Source: Candidatus Cloacimonadales bacterium
GTDB lineage: Bacteria; Cloacimonadota; Cloacimonadia; Cloacimonadales; JAIOQZ01
DNA: 64,000 bases
NCBI GenBank assembly: GCA_963662655.2
Contig: CAXXTU010000002.1
Coordinates: 576,001-640,000 of the forward strand
Direction: 5' to 3'
Under the pieces are notes generated by a model. That model did not search any database and was not told the DNA's origin. It saw nothing but the letters and a program-made list of their open reading frames with translations. Both the position numbers and the translations under genes were made by a program. Each line of letters starts with the position of its first letter. The first letter of the stretch is position 1. Positions 1-10,600 of this stretch are shown piece by piece.

Positions 1-1530
1 ATCAAGAACAACTTCAATCAACTGATCAACATTATGAACGGGCTTCTGGGCGAAACGAACATGCTCATCCAGAGCATCAAGGACGGTAAACTCGATGTCC
101 GCGGAAACGACGCGAAGTTCGATAACGCCTGGAAGGATCTCCTCAAGGGTATCAACGACCTCGTCGTTGCCTTCGTGGAGCCGATCAATATTACTTCCGA
201 ATACATTCAGAGAATCTCGATCGGTGACATCCCTTCCCTGATCAAATCCAACTTCAAGGGTGATTTCAATGTCATTATCGACAACCTGAACCAGCTCATC
301 AACATCATGAACGGGCTTCTCGGCGAGACTACGACCCTCATCGACGCGGCGAAGAACGGCAAGCTCAAGGTTCGCGGAAAGGACAAGCAATTCCAGAACT
401 CTTGGCAACAGCTATTACTCGGTATCAACCAGTTGATGGACGCGATTGTCGATCCGATCAATGAAGTGATGGACGTGATGGGACGTTTGGCCCGTAAGGA
501 TATGACGGCTCGAGTAAGAGGAAACTACAAGGGCGATCTTAATATCTTCAAGCAGAACGTGAACAACGCCGGCGACAACCTCGAAGACGCGTTGAGCCAG
601 GTTGAGCGCGCCGTGCAGCAGATCACTGCGGCGGCGGGTGAAATCGCCAACGGAAGCCAGTCGCTCGCGGCCGGGTCTTCCGAGCAGGCAAGCTCGCTCG
701 AAGAGATTGCCTCCAGCCTGGAAGAGATGAACTCTCTCACGCTGAACAACGCTGAGAATGCCAAGCAGGGCATGGAGCTTTCCGAGCAATCGCTCGTTCA
801 CGTAAGGACCGGTAACTCCGCGATGGATCGCATGAACCACGCGATGGACGCGATCAGCAAATCCGCAAGAGAAACCAGCAACATCATCAAGACGATCAAC
901 GACATCGCTTTCCAGACCAACCTGCTCGCCCTGAACGCTGCCGTGGAAGCGGCGCACGCGGGTGAGGCGGGTAAGGGATTCGCCGTTGTTGCGGAAGAGG
1001 TGAAAAACCTTGCGCTGCGTAGCGCGGAAGCCGCACAGAACACGGATGAATTGATCGAAGCTTCTCTAAAGAATTCCGAAGACGGCGCTAAGATCGTAGA
1101 AGAGGTCAGCGCTTCATTCGAGAACATCCAATCGAGCTTCTCGAAAGTGAACAACATCGTCAAAGAGATATCAATATCTTCAGAAGAGCAGTCGGAAGGT
1201 ATCCGCCAAGTGAACGTCGCCGTGGGCGAACTGAACAAAGTGACCCAGGGCAACGCGGCGAACGCCGAGGAATCGGCAAGCGCAGCGGAAGAGCTCAACT
1301 CTCAGGCTTCCGAGCTCAAGACGATGGTTCAGGAATTCGAACTCTCGAACAGCTCCGGCCCGATGACGCGGCGTAACAATGACATCCGTCAGGTTGCACC
1401 GCCTCAGAAGAAAGCGTCCCTTCCAGCGACTCCCAGGAACAACGCCGGAAGCAAATACGGTAACAAGGATATGGAAATTGTTCTCCCGATGGATGATGAC
1501 TACGATGGTGATGGAGATGGCGATTTCTAA
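1..1530 (+). CDS. Methyl-accepting chemotaxis protein, 5'-truncated by the window edge
   Basis: Frame is open from base 1. MCP signalling hairpin [37 protein letters not shown]; 91-aa HAMP-like repeats (MNGLLGET at 34 and 307). Confidence 0.95.
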   Translation: MKNNFNQLINIMNGLLGETNMLIQSIKDGKLDVRGNDAKFDNAWKDLLKGINDLVVAFVEPINITSEYIQRISIGDIPSLIKSNFKGDFNVIIDNLNQLINIMNGLLGETTTLIDAAKNGKLKVRGKDKQFQNSWQQLLLGINQLMDAIVDPINEVMDVMGRLARKDMTARVRGNYKGDLNIFKQNVNNAGDNLEDALSQVERAVQQITAAAGEIANGSQSLAAGSSEQASSLEEIASSLEEMNSLTLNNAENAKQGMELSEQSLVHVRTGNSAMDRMNHAMDAISKSARETSNIIKTINDIAFQTNLLALNAAVEAAHAGEAGKGFAVVAEEVKNLALRSAEAAQNTDELIEASLKNSEDGAKIVEEVSASFENIQSSFSKVNNIVKEISISSEEQSEGIRQVNVAVGELNKVTQGNAANAEESASAAEELNSQASELKTMVQEFELSNSSGPMTRRNNDIRQVAPPQKKASLPATPRNNAGSKYGNKDMEIVLPMDDDYDGDGDGDF

Positions 1531-1551
1531 CCGATAAACCATAAATAAGTG

Positions 1552-1584
1552 AGTCCGCCTCTCGTACGAGAGGCGGATTTTTTT
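1552..1584 (+). terminator. Rho-independent terminator
   Basis: TCCGCCTCTC-GTAC-GAGAGGCGGA followed by a T7 run, just after the MCP stop. Confidence 0.85.
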
Positions 1585-1693
1585 GTAGAACATGTTTCGA
1601 GCCGGGAATCTTTATGTTTGCAAATGGAGTCGTAACTTTTTTCATTGATCTTTTTTTCCGCAGATTCTAAAAATGTCATAAAGGAGAAACCCT

Positions 1694-2500
1694 ATGAAAC
1701 GATACATTCTCTTGATCCTCGTTATTCTTGTGGCGATGCAATGCCTTGGCCAGGGGTACCCCGATGTGAAGGATCCCACGCTTTTGATGCCGGTAAGCTG
1801 GCAGCAGAATTCCGCCGAGTATCGCGCCTTGTGTTACCAGGCGTACAACGTGGCCACATTCAGGTTGGAGCAAATGCTGGCCCGGCCAGCCGAACTCACC
1901 GACAGGCAACAGAAACCGGCGGTGGTTGTGGACATCGACGAGACGGTTCTGGATAACAGCCCGTACAATGGGGAAGACGCGTTGAACGGCACAATATACC
2001 CCGATGACTTCGCGATTTGGAACCAGGCCGCGAAAGCTACGGCAGTCCCGGGTGCGATCGATTTCCTCAAGTACGCCGACGAGCGCGGCTGCGCGATTTT
2101 CTACGTTTCCAACCGCAACGATAGTTACAAAGAAGGAACGAAAAGGAACCTCGATATCCTGGGCTTTCCTCAGGTCGACGATGAGCACGTGATGCTCCGC
2201 GCCGGAAGGGACACCAAGGAAAAGCGACGGGAGCGCATCCAGGAGAATCATGATATCCTGCTTTTAGTCGGCGATAATCTTAGCGACTTCGAACAGGTAT
2301 TCAAGACAGCCGACAGCAGCGCCGACAGGCTGAGAATGACCGACGATTGGCGACAAGAGTTCGGTAACCGTTTTATCGTGCTGCCCAACGCCATGTCTGG
2401 AACATGGCTCAAGCACGTTCTGGATTTCAAGCGAAACTTGCCCGTCGAAGAGAAGATCAGACGCCTCAAAGATTCAATAGAAGGATTCGAGAAAGAATGA
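1694..2500 (+). CDS. 5'-nucleotidase / class C acid phosphatase, e(P4) family (HAD)
   Basis: Signal peptide; HAD motifs VVDIDETVLDNSPY, YVSNR, VGDNLSDF, FIVLPN; AAGGAG RBS. Confidence 0.9.
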   Translation: MKRYILLILVILVAMQCLGQGYPDVKDPTLLMPVSWQQNSAEYRALCYQAYNVATFRLEQMLARPAELTDRQQKPAVVVDIDETVLDNSPYNGEDALNGTIYPDDFAIWNQAAKATAVPGAIDFLKYADERGCAIFYVSNRNDSYKEGTKRNLDILGFPQVDDEHVMLRAGRDTKEKRRERIQENHDILLLVGDNLSDFEQVFKTADSSADRLRMTDDWRQEFGNRFIVLPNAMSGTWLKHVLDFKRNLPVEEKIRRLKDSIEGFEKE

Positions 2501-2682
2501 TTCTACGCAAGCTTCAATCATGTCCGTATTGTGAGTCGGGTGATTTTACCCGGCTCATGCGCATCGGATTGATGAGACTGTTTCCCAATGGCAGGCACCA
2601 CGAGTGCATGGCCTGCGGGAATCGGTATTTCCTGTTCCTCAAGAAGTATGCACTGGGGCTGAGTCCCACAGAAAAGCCGTAG
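2497..2682 (+). CDS. Small zinc-ribbon hypothetical protein (61 aa)
   Basis: ATGA overlap with the upstream stop; CPYC...CMAC pairs. Confidence 0.55.
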   Translation: MILRKLQSCPYCESGDFTRLMRIGLMRLFPNGRHHECMACGNRYFLFLKKYALGLSPTEKP

Positions 2683-2685
2683 CGT

Positions 2686-3024
2686 TTATACCGCTGTACA
2701 GGTTGACAGCATAAGCATAATCCCGATGATGACTACGATGTGGATTGCGCTGATGATTGCCATTTGCTTCAGCTCGATCCGCAGCAGAAACGACAGGAAT
2801 GCTGTCTGAATCGCGAAACAAGCCAGACCGCGCACGAACACGGGTATGGATGGTATCGATACGCCAATGATGTAGACGATGATGGTCGAAACCAACACTT
2901 TCACGAAGAATTCACGGAATCCAGGGATCGCTCCCTCTCCTGCCACAACACGAATGAGAGCCGCGAGGATCCCGAGGTTGAGAAACAGGAAACACACAGC
3001 TAATATAAACGGCGCCAATATCAT
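2686..3024 (-). CDS. Hypothetical membrane protein, paralog of 3026..3337
   Basis: Four hydrophobic segments; shared AGE..PGFRE..KVL motif. Confidence 0.7.
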   Translation of the reverse strand: MILAPFILAVCFLFLNLGILAALIRVVAGEGAIPGFREFFVKVLVSTIIVYIIGVSIPSIPVFVRGLACFAIQTAFLSFLLRIELKQMAIISAIHIVVIIGIMLMLSTCTAV

Positions 3025-3025
3025 G

Positions 3026-3337
3026 TCAGCCCCCTATCGATCTTAGTTTTAAAGAGAACAAGACGAAAAATCCTTGATGTATCCCGCATACGATGGCCGT
3101 TTGCTTGAATTCCAATTGCAATAGTATCGATAAAGCTACGACCATGAGGATGAACCGAACGGCAATCGACAATATGATGTTGACTGGGTTCAGGAAGAAA
3201 CCGGCAAAACCTGTGATCAGCGAAGTGATAAGCACTTTGAACGCGAGCTCTCTGAAACCCGGCAGTGACGACTCTCCGGCAACCAGATAGAGGATTGCGC
3301 TGAGAACCGTAGCAGATAGAAGAAATCCCAAAATCAT
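3026..3337 (-). CDS. Hypothetical membrane protein, paralog of 2686..3024
   Basis: Hydrophobic; AGESSLPGFRELAFKVL and LE.KQ.AI motifs shared with the neighbour. Confidence 0.7.
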   Translation of the reverse strand: MILGFLLSATVLSAILYLVAGESSLPGFRELAFKVLITSLITGFAGFFLNPVNIILSIAVRFILMVVALSILLQLEFKQTAIVCGIHQGFFVLFSLKLRSIGG

Positions 3338-3640
3338 ATGCTAGCCTCGATTTCATTGCGTTTGCTTTCACAAAATCAACCCCATCATTAATGAAAGTCA
3401 AGGAAAAAATGACGGTATTGGCGAACAAGGATTGATGAGAGGGGTGCAAAATTTCCAGTGTCACTTTGCACCCATTTTCCGAGACCACGTCTTCCACATA
3501 ATGCTTGACATTCATAAACCGTTGAAATCGAATTTTGTCTGACTTGCGGGACAGGAACATTGGGGTTTTTGTAGAATAGGGAAATATCTTGTTTCTAAGC
3601 AAATCCCCGTTTCCCAGCCTGACTATTCACCAAAGAGAGG

Positions 3641-5266
3641 ATGTTAATCATGAAGAAGTACGGAATGCTACTCGGGTTGATGCTGATAGTATTGAGTTCT
3701 GCCGCTCAGAGCATGGATTGGCAATGGGTTTCAACTTATGGAAGTGGAGATTGGGATAGCGCTTACGATATCGCTGTCGATGACCAGGGATTCATCTATA
3801 CTACGGGAACTTTCAAGGGATTGGTCCAATTTGGAGATACCGAATTGCAATCTGCTGGAGCAGGCGATGTTTTTGTTACGAAACACGATTCTTTCGGGAA
3901 CCTTGTATGGGCTGTCAGGGCCGGAGGTTCGAGTGATGAGAGCGGTACCGGCATCGCAGTCGATGGCAATGGCAATATTTTTGTTCAGGGAACGTATCAG
4001 GGTTCGGCCATTATCGGATCCGTGACATTGAGCGGCTATGGTGGAACCGATATTTTTGCAGCCAAGCTCAATCCCGGCGGAGAATGGCTGTGGGCCATCG
4101 GCGCAGGATCGAATTACTGGGAGAGTCCCGCAACGATTGATGTAGATTCATCCGGTAATGCATACGTAGTTGGCTTTGCAGGACCAAGCTCCGTGTTCGG
4201 TGATTTGACGATGGGTTCGAACGGATACCACGATATCTATGTGGCAAAGATCAGCAGCAGCGGCGCCTGGCTCTGGGTTTCGAATGCCGGTGGAAGCAGT
4301 CAGGACTATGGACGCGATATCGCAGTTGCTTCCAATGGCGATATCTATGTTACCGGTAGTGTTTTTCTTTCGGTAACTGCCGGAACCTTCACTTTCAATG
4401 CGAATCACTACGACGTATTCGTGGGGAAACTCAATCCAGCCGGTGAATGGATCTCGGTCGCCAGATCCTCCGGGGCTGCACCCGAGTACGCCGAGGCCCT
4501 GACCATTGCCAACGACGGCAGTGTTTATGTCAGCGGTTATTTCTATACGCAGATGGGCGCGTCTGTCTTCGGGACACACTCACCGGGTGTGTATGGCGTA
4601 CAGACCATTTTCCTCTCCAAACTTTCCAGCGCAGGCGGATGGTCATGGGTTCGAAGCGCAGGCGGTGTCGGTGAATATTCTCAGGACAACAAAGGATATG
4701 CCCTGGACACGGATTGCGAAGGAAATGTCTATATGACAGGAATTTACGATTATACAGGCACCTTCGGCGGAACTCAGTTGCCCACCGTTGGTGTTTACGA
4801 CATGTTTCTAACAAGTTTCGACAGCGGCGGTAATTGGAGATGGGTAACAAGCGCGGGTGGATATGGAGCCGACCTCAGCTATGGTATTGCTGTCAGTTCT
4901 GTCGATGAGATGGTAATGTGCGGATATATTGGTAGCATAGGATTTTTCGGAGATATCACTTCCCCGTTCGGAGGAGAATACGATGCTTTTCTCGCCAAGT
5001 ATGGTCATGGCGCAGCAGCAGCGCCCAAAGCTCCGGAGAACCTGAACATCGAGCAGATGGGTAACGATGTTTTGCTTACATGGGATCCCGTGATCGCCGA
5101 TACAGACGATAATCCGATCACACCCACCGGATATCAAATCTATTATCATGATCGACCCGAAGGAGAATTCGTCTATCTCGGTCAAAGTGCGACCAACCAG
5201 TTTGTTCATCCGAATGCACACACAGCAGACCGAAGCTTCTACAAGGTTACCGCGATAACTGAATAA
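3641..5266 (+). CDS. Secreted SBBP-type beta-propeller repeat protein with C-terminal Fn3-like domain
   Basis: Signal peptide; about 7 repeats of W.W...AGG...D.G.DIAVD..GN.YVTG...D.F..K; C-terminal P.NL.I...V.L.W...Y.IY...FY.V.A domain. Confidence 0.85.
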   Translation: MLIMKKYGMLLGLMLIVLSSAAQSMDWQWVSTYGSGDWDSAYDIAVDDQGFIYTTGTFKGLVQFGDTELQSAGAGDVFVTKHDSFGNLVWAVRAGGSSDESGTGIAVDGNGNIFVQGTYQGSAIIGSVTLSGYGGTDIFAAKLNPGGEWLWAIGAGSNYWESPATIDVDSSGNAYVVGFAGPSSVFGDLTMGSNGYHDIYVAKISSSGAWLWVSNAGGSSQDYGRDIAVASNGDIYVTGSVFLSVTAGTFTFNANHYDVFVGKLNPAGEWISVARSSGAAPEYAEALTIANDGSVYVSGYFYTQMGASVFGTHSPGVYGVQTIFLSKLSSAGGWSWVRSAGGVGEYSQDNKGYALDTDCEGNVYMTGIYDYTGTFGGTQLPTVGVYDMFLTSFDSGGNWRWVTSAGGYGADLSYGIAVSSVDEMVMCGYIGSIGFFGDITSPFGGEYDAFLAKYGHGAAAAPKAPENLNIEQMGNDVLLTWDPVIADTDDNPITPTGYQIYYHDRPEGEFVYLGQSATNQFVHPNAHTADRSFYKVTAITE

Positions 5267-5286
5267 ACGACCCTATACGAATTTTG

Positions 5287-5317
5287 AAAGGCTGTGGACG
5301 TCGGTTCGCAGCCTTTT
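5287..5317. terminator. Probable bidirectional terminator between convergent genes
   Basis: AAAGGCTGTGGAC-GTCG-GTTCGCAGCCTTTT hairpin. Confidence 0.7.
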
Positions 5318-5384
5318 GAGGTTGACCAAGAGTAATGGTGTCACAATTCGACATCTTTGGTGTCACTTTGCAAGGGAAGCCGCC

Positions 5385-6737
5385 TCAGCTTCGCAGCTTC
5401 CGGAAGAACGCGAACCAAACCGCGACCCAGACGAAGATCGCCCCGAGCGATATCAGGAGGATCGGGAAGCCGCCGAGAAGAACGATGAGCGGGATCGCGG
5501 AGGACGTCCACAAGCCGCCGCCCATAAAAGGTTCATGCAATAGCTGCTTGTATGCGAAGGCCTGCGCGGCGTTGGTCTCGTTCTCGGGATCGGTGGCCCG
5601 CAGGAGAAGTAGTCCGGTCGCAGTCACGCCCATCGATTGCCCCATCTCTGCGATCGCGCGCTCGAACCAGCTATCGGCGAACCATCTCTTTGCGAGCAGA
5701 AGGACGCAGAGCACGTTCCATACGGTTCCGGCCAGAATGATGATCACGAATGGAATCAGGTTGTTCGAAATCACCTCGATGCGGATGGTCGCGATGGCCG
5801 CTACGACCAGGAAGTCGAGCGCCAGCCCGGCAAGGCGTTTGGACAGGCCGGAATCGATTACATCGAAGCGCTTGGATTTTGAGGAGACCATTTGCACGAT
5901 CAACCCGCCGATCATGCTGAGGGGGAAGAGGGGAAATCCCTGAAAAATCTTGTTGTGCTCGAGTACGGGAACAATGCTTTCGACTGCAAGAAGTCCCTGC
6001 TTGATTCCCCAGCCGATCAGCACCGCGACTCCGATCATCGAGAGGTGCAACGCCAGCGAATCGACCGAATCCGCAGAAACGGTTTCGTATCCGGCGACAG
6101 GGCGCTGTTCCTTTGGATAAATGCCGTCGCCACCGGTCATGAGCGTGCTATCGGAGTTCTCGAGCCAGTTCCTTCGCTTCGCGATGTTGATCAGCGCGAT
6201 TCCGACGATCACCGCGAGAATGATCCCCGCAGTGGCAGACGCGAGGCAGAAATCGGTTCCCGCTTTCCAGTTGAAGTTGATGAATGTTTCCTTCAGACCG
6301 CCTGCGGTTCCGTGACCACCTTCAAATCCAACGGGAATCACCACGCCGAAGAGATCGGGGAGCCCCCAGAGTGGTTTGATCAAGGCCAGCGTCAATCCGA
6401 TCCCCACAACGTATTGTCCCCATACGACGATCTGGCCGTATGCAAGCTGCGGGCCGGCGATCTTCCATGCTTTTGACAGCTTGGGGATACAAACGCCCAG
6501 AAATAATGAGGCGAAGACGATGTTGATCAGGAATCCCGGGAGCTTTCCCCAGCCGGCGGTCCAGTTCCCCACGAAAGTGCTGTCGCTACCCTGTAACGCT
6601 TGAATAATGACAAGGCCGATCACGCCACCGATTACGGAGGATGGAAGGTAGAGTTTCTGGAGAATGCCCACATGCGTGCGGATCCATTTCCCGAGGAAAA
6701 GGAGAACACAAATACCAATAAATGACGTAACGATCAT
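5385..6737 (-). CDS. gltS: Sodium/glutamate symporter family protein
   Basis: About 12 TM helices; GFEGGHGTA and GQSMGVTATG re-entrant loop motifs. Confidence 0.85.
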   Translation of the reverse strand: MIVTSFIGICVLLFLGKWIRTHVGILQKLYLPSSVIGGVIGLVIIQALQGSDSTFVGNWTAGWGKLPGFLINIVFASLFLGVCIPKLSKAWKIAGPQLAYGQIVVWGQYVVGIGLTLALIKPLWGLPDLFGVVIPVGFEGGHGTAGGLKETFINFNWKAGTDFCLASATAGIILAVIVGIALINIAKRRNWLENSDSTLMTGGDGIYPKEQRPVAGYETVSADSVDSLALHLSMIGVAVLIGWGIKQGLLAVESIVPVLEHNKIFQGFPLFPLSMIGGLIVQMVSSKSKRFDVIDSGLSKRLAGLALDFLVVAAIATIRIEVISNNLIPFVIIILAGTVWNVLCVLLLAKRWFADSWFERAIAEMGQSMGVTATGLLLLRATDPENETNAAQAFAYKQLLHEPFMGGGLWTSSAIPLIVLLGGFPILLISLGAIFVWVAVWFAFFRKLRS

Positions 6738-6820
6738 CGAACACCTCTCAATCCGGATAGGTTATATTTCAGTATCATACAGAATGCACTTTTTCATCGC
6801 GAACGTACAGGAAAACATTG

Positions 6821-7699
6821 TTAGCGAAAAGACGGAGTCCACTCCCGAGAAGGACGCAACTCCTGAACGTAGCCGTTTCCCAAGCCTGTTTCGGAAAGAA
6901 TTTCCAGTACTTTCTCGTATTCATCCTGTAGCAAGGATCGATCCAACGGTGGAAATTCATTGGCCCTGTAAACCGGGTAGTACTGCGACATCAGGCTGAT
7001 ATGCGTCTGACTCCCCAGCGCGTCGGCAATCCAACGCAAACCGTCGCCGATCCCGCCAATGTCTTCCGGAAGTACCAGGAGCCTGATCAAAAGACCTTTC
7101 CGGGCGATGTCGTCGTCATCAACAGCAAGGTGCCCCACCTGCCGATACATCTCCAAAATCGCTTTTCGTGCGTACTGGGGATAATCGGAAGCGCGCGAGA
7201 ATCTTCCCGCGGCGTCAGCCGAGGTGTAGCGTAAATCGGGCATGTAGATATCGATCAAGCCGTCCATCAATTCCAGCGTCTCGGGAAGCTCGTAGGCGTT
7301 GCTGTTCCAAACAATCGGGATTCGCAAGCCTTGTTCCCTGGCAAACAGGATCGCATCCCGAATCTGCAGTGTGAAGTGCGTTGGCGTTACGAGGTTGACG
7401 TTATGTACATGCTTGTCCTGAAGCTCCAGCATCATCTGAGCGAGCTCTTCAATCGATATCACTTTCCCACGCCCCTCTTGACTGATGGTGTGGTTCTGGC
7501 AATAGACGCAGGCGAGGTTGCAGTTGCTGAAGAAAATAGTGCCGCTCCCGCGTGATCCGCTGATACATGGCTCTTCGCCATAGTGTGGCATCGCCAGATT
7601 GACGATCGGATTCTCCCCGCTACGGCAGAACCCCTTTTCCACTTCGCGGTTCACTCCGCATTTTCTCGGACATATTTTGCATAGCATATTCGGCTTCAT
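6821..7699 (-). CDS. Radical SAM protein, PflX-like
   Basis: CKICPRKCGVNR, PHYGEEPCISG..GSGTIFF, CNLACVYCQN (CxxxCxxC), NLVTPTH. Confidence 0.9.
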   Translation of the reverse strand: MKPNMLCKICPRKCGVNREVEKGFCRSGENPIVNLAMPHYGEEPCISGSRGSGTIFFSNCNLACVYCQNHTISQEGRGKVISIEELAQMMLELQDKHVHNVNLVTPTHFTLQIRDAILFAREQGLRIPIVWNSNAYELPETLELMDGLIDIYMPDLRYTSADAAGRFSRASDYPQYARKAILEMYRQVGHLAVDDDDIARKGLLIRLLVLPEDIGGIGDGLRWIADALGSQTHISLMSQYYPVYRANEFPPLDRSLLQDEYEKVLEILSETGLGNGYVQELRPSREWTPSFR

Positions 7700-7860
7700 T
7701 CATTTCCTCACGCATTTGGATGAATTGGTGCAGGATATTCAGGCCGACCTTTTGTCGTCAAGCACGATGAGAGCATTTTCAAACAATATGAAGGCCGAGC
7801 ATTTCAGTAAAAACGATTGTCATTGGCGAGAAAAGGGGATAATGAACTAACACGTCAAAT

Positions 7861-7892
7861 TGAAAAACCCCGGTGGGACCCCGGGGTTTTCA
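7861..7892. terminator. Terminator hairpin ending the sugar operon
   Basis: TGAAAAACCCCGG-TGGGAC-CCCGGGGTTTTCA with A/T tails on both sides. Confidence 0.8.
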
Positions 7893-7910
7893 TATATCAT
7901 CAATAGTGAT

Positions 7911-8945
7911 TTAATGCAATTCCAGTTTTCCGGATTTGGTAATGATGCGGATATTCTTCATCCACTCGATTCGTCTCCACCACGCTTCATTGTCCTTGTA
8001 CCAGCGAATGGTTTGTTCGAGGCCTTCCTCAAACGATCTGCCGGGCTTGATACCGAGAACTTCACTCGCCTTCTGTGTTGAGGAAACGTGATTGTTTACC
8101 TGGCCGAGTCGATCACCGATATAAGTCATTAAACTGGATGGTTTACCAAGTATTTTCAGGATCATCTCGGCAATTTCGAGAACGCTGTACACTTCGCCAG
8201 AACCAAGGTTGAACACTTCGCCCTTGATCAATTCGAGAGGTGCGTTAATCACTTTCTCAATCCGGTCGCAGGTGTCTTCGACATAGAGCCAGTCGCGACG
8301 GGCATCGCCTGCGCCGTGAATGGTCAATTGCTCGTCCATCAGCGCTGACGTAATGAAGCGGGGAACCACTTTTTCAAGATGCTGGTTCGGGCCATATTGG
8401 TTGAATGGGCGCAAGATAACGGCCGGTAAATCGTAGGTCTTCATGAATGAATAGACCAAACGATCCGCGCCGCATTTGGCCGCAGCATACGGGCTGCATG
8501 GGTTCAACGGGTGTTTCTCGTCCATTGGCTCGTAATCGGAAGTTCCATAGACCTCCGAAGTTGAAATGTGAATGAATCGATCGACTGTTTCATAATACTT
8601 TATAACAGCGCTTGCAAGTGCCTGAGTACCCAGAACGTCCGTTTCGAAAAAGACCTTGTTGTCGTAGATCGATCTGGCCACATGGGTTTCAGCTGCAAAG
8701 TGAACGATAATATTCGATTGAGAAACCAGGGAATCGACAAGATTTCCATTACAGATGTTTCCATACCAGAACTGGAAGCGCTCATTGTCATTACGGATAT
8801 CATCTGGAATATTGTCCGGATTTCCAGCGTAGGTAAGGTTATCCAGAACAAGAATCCGATCGTTTGGATACTTTCGATACCAGTGTTCAACGAAATTGCT
8901 GCCGATAAAACCAGCTCCACCAGTTACTAAAACAGTACGTCTCAT
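7911..8945 (-). CDS. rfbB: dTDP-glucose 4,6-dehydratase
   Basis: TGGAGFIGSNF, DNLTYAGN, HFAAETHV, HISTSEVYG, SPYAAAK, RDWLYVED. Confidence 0.88.
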   Translation of the reverse strand: MRRTVLVTGGAGFIGSNFVEHWYRKYPNDRILVLDNLTYAGNPDNIPDDIRNDNERFQFWYGNICNGNLVDSLVSQSNIIVHFAAETHVARSIYDNKVFFETDVLGTQALASAVIKYYETVDRFIHISTSEVYGTSDYEPMDEKHPLNPCSPYAAAKCGADRLVYSFMKTYDLPAVILRPFNQYGPNQHLEKVVPRFITSALMDEQLTIHGAGDARRDWLYVEDTCDRIEKVINAPLELIKGEVFNLGSGEVYSVLEIAEMILKILGKPSSLMTYIGDRLGQVNNHVSSTQKASEVLGIKPGRSFEEGLEQTIRWYKDNEAWWRRIEWMKNIRIITKSGKLELH

Positions 8946-10108
8946 TTGTCATCTTCCTTCTTATCTTGATTATTGAAGAAACTTCTGATTTGATCACACA
9001 CCGTGTCAACCTTTTTGTTGCTCAGGCCGATGTAGAATGGAAGACTCAGTGTGCTATCGCCGATCCTCTCAGCGTTCGGGAAACTTCCTCGCGGAAGGTT
9101 ATAGCGCTCCTTGAAGAATGTCAGGAGATGAATGGCTCTGTAGTTGACAGCAACGCCAATCTGGTGTTTTCCCATCCAGGCCAGAAGGTCGTCTCTGAAC
9201 TTAGCCGGAACCTGTATCGTGAACAGGTGCAACGCGCTCTTGCTGTTTGGCTTGATCGTTGGAATTGTAACTTGCTCGATACCGCGCAGGCCTTCAACAT
9301 AAGCATCATAAACCCGTTTCCGATCTTCCCATTGGCGGTCGATCCGTTCGAGCTGAGGCAGGAGCATGGCAGCTTGGATATTGCTCATATTCGCTTTCCA
9401 TCCGAGGCATACCATATCCCAGTGCTGGTAATTTCCATGATAGCGCCCGGCCGCGTCTTTGCTCATGCCGTGAAGCCGTAACAGCAGCAGTCTCTCGTAA
9501 AGCTCGGTGGAGTTGACGCCGATCGCGCCGCCCTCGCCGCTGGTGATGTTTTTTGTGGCATAGAAGCTGAAGGCAACCGCGTCGCCCAATTGCCCCGGCT
9601 TGATTCCGTCGCGTTGCGCTTCGACGCAATGCGCAGCATCTTCGAGGATTTTCAGACCGTGTTTGTCAGCGATCTCTCGAATCCTTCTCATATCGCACAT
9701 CTGACCGTAGAGGTGCACAGGGAGGATCGCTTTTGTCCTGGGGGTTATCGCTTCTTCGATAAGCTCGGCGTCCATGAGTCCCGTATCGTCTTCGACATCA
9801 ATGAATACCGGGGTGGCACCCGCATGGAGAATGGCGGTTGAGGAAGCGATAAAGGTCTGAGGAATTGTAATCACCTCGTCGCCTTCACCGACATCGAGTC
9901 CGAGAAGAGCCAGATGCAGGGCTGCCGTGCAGGACATTACGCCAATGGTATGTTTGATCCCCAAATATTCAGCCAGTTTTTCTTCGAATTCACTTACGTA
10001 GCTTCCCGTAGTGAGGAAGATATCGTTCATGCATTCCAATACTTTATTCTTTTCCGCTTCACCAACATTGTGGCGATAGAATTCTACTTGCATCTGTATG
10101 ACCTCCAA
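8942..10108 (-). CDS. DegT/DnrJ/ArnB-family sugar aminotransferase (start may be at the second Met)
   Basis: SCTAALHLAL, PVHLYGQ, EDAAH, FSFYATKNITSGEGG (PLP lysine). Confidence 0.92.
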   Translation of the reverse strand: MEVIQMQVEFYRHNVGEAEKNKVLECMNDIFLTTGSYVSEFEEKLAEYLGIKHTIGVMSCTAALHLALLGLDVGEGDEVITIPQTFIASSTAILHAGATPVFIDVEDDTGLMDAELIEEAITPRTKAILPVHLYGQMCDMRRIREIADKHGLKILEDAAHCVEAQRDGIKPGQLGDAVAFSFYATKNITSGEGGAIGVNSTELYERLLLLRLHGMSKDAAGRYHGNYQHWDMVCLGWKANMSNIQAAMLLPQLERIDRQWEDRKRVYDAYVEGLRGIEQVTIPTIKPNSKSALHLFTIQVPAKFRDDLLAWMGKHQIGVAVNYRAIHLLTFFKERYNLPRGSFPNAERIGDSTLSLPFYIGLSNKKVDTVCDQIRSFFNNQDKKEDDK

Positions 10109-10121
10109 TTTATCTCTGAAA

Positions 10122-10589
10122 CTAGGGTTTAACCGGTAAAAGCACGCGCCTTCTCAAGGTGAGTACCTTCTCTCCTCTTTGATTGTGAGCGCGAGTCTCG
10201 ACGTAGACGATCCCACGGTCCGGCTTCGAGCGGGAAATTCTTCTCTCGAGAATTTCGGTTTCGGCATACAAGGTGTCGCCGATAAACACGGGTCCGTCAT
10301 GGGTGATCCTCTCGTATTCAAGGTTGGCGATGGCTTTTCCAGAAACAACCGGAACCGTCATTCCTACGACCACGCTGATAACCAGTGGCCCGCACACAAG
10401 GATTTGCTTGTGCTGGTGATCTTCACAGTAGTGGGTGTTCAGATGGACAGGATGATGGTTCATCGTGAGAAGCGAAAACAGGTTGTTATCGCTCTCGAAG
10501 ATGGTTTTCCCGGGATAGTGTTTGTAGATATCGCCAGGTTCGAGTTCATCGAGGTACCGGCCGAATTGTTCTTTCATTTCGTGTATCAT
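10122..10589 (-). CDS. MaoC-family (hot-dog fold) dehydratase
   Basis: GRYLDEL.PG, DNNLFSLLTMNHHPVHLN, PVFIGDTLYAETEILE. Confidence 0.88.
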   Translation of the reverse strand: MIHEMKEQFGRYLDELEPGDIYKHYPGKTIFESDNNLFSLLTMNHHPVHLNTHYCEDHQHKQILVCGPLVISVVVGMTVPVVSGKAIANLEYERITHDGPVFIGDTLYAETEILERRISRSKPDRGIVYVETRAHNQRGEKVLTLRRRVLLPVKP

Positions 10590-10600
10590 ATATGTATCCT

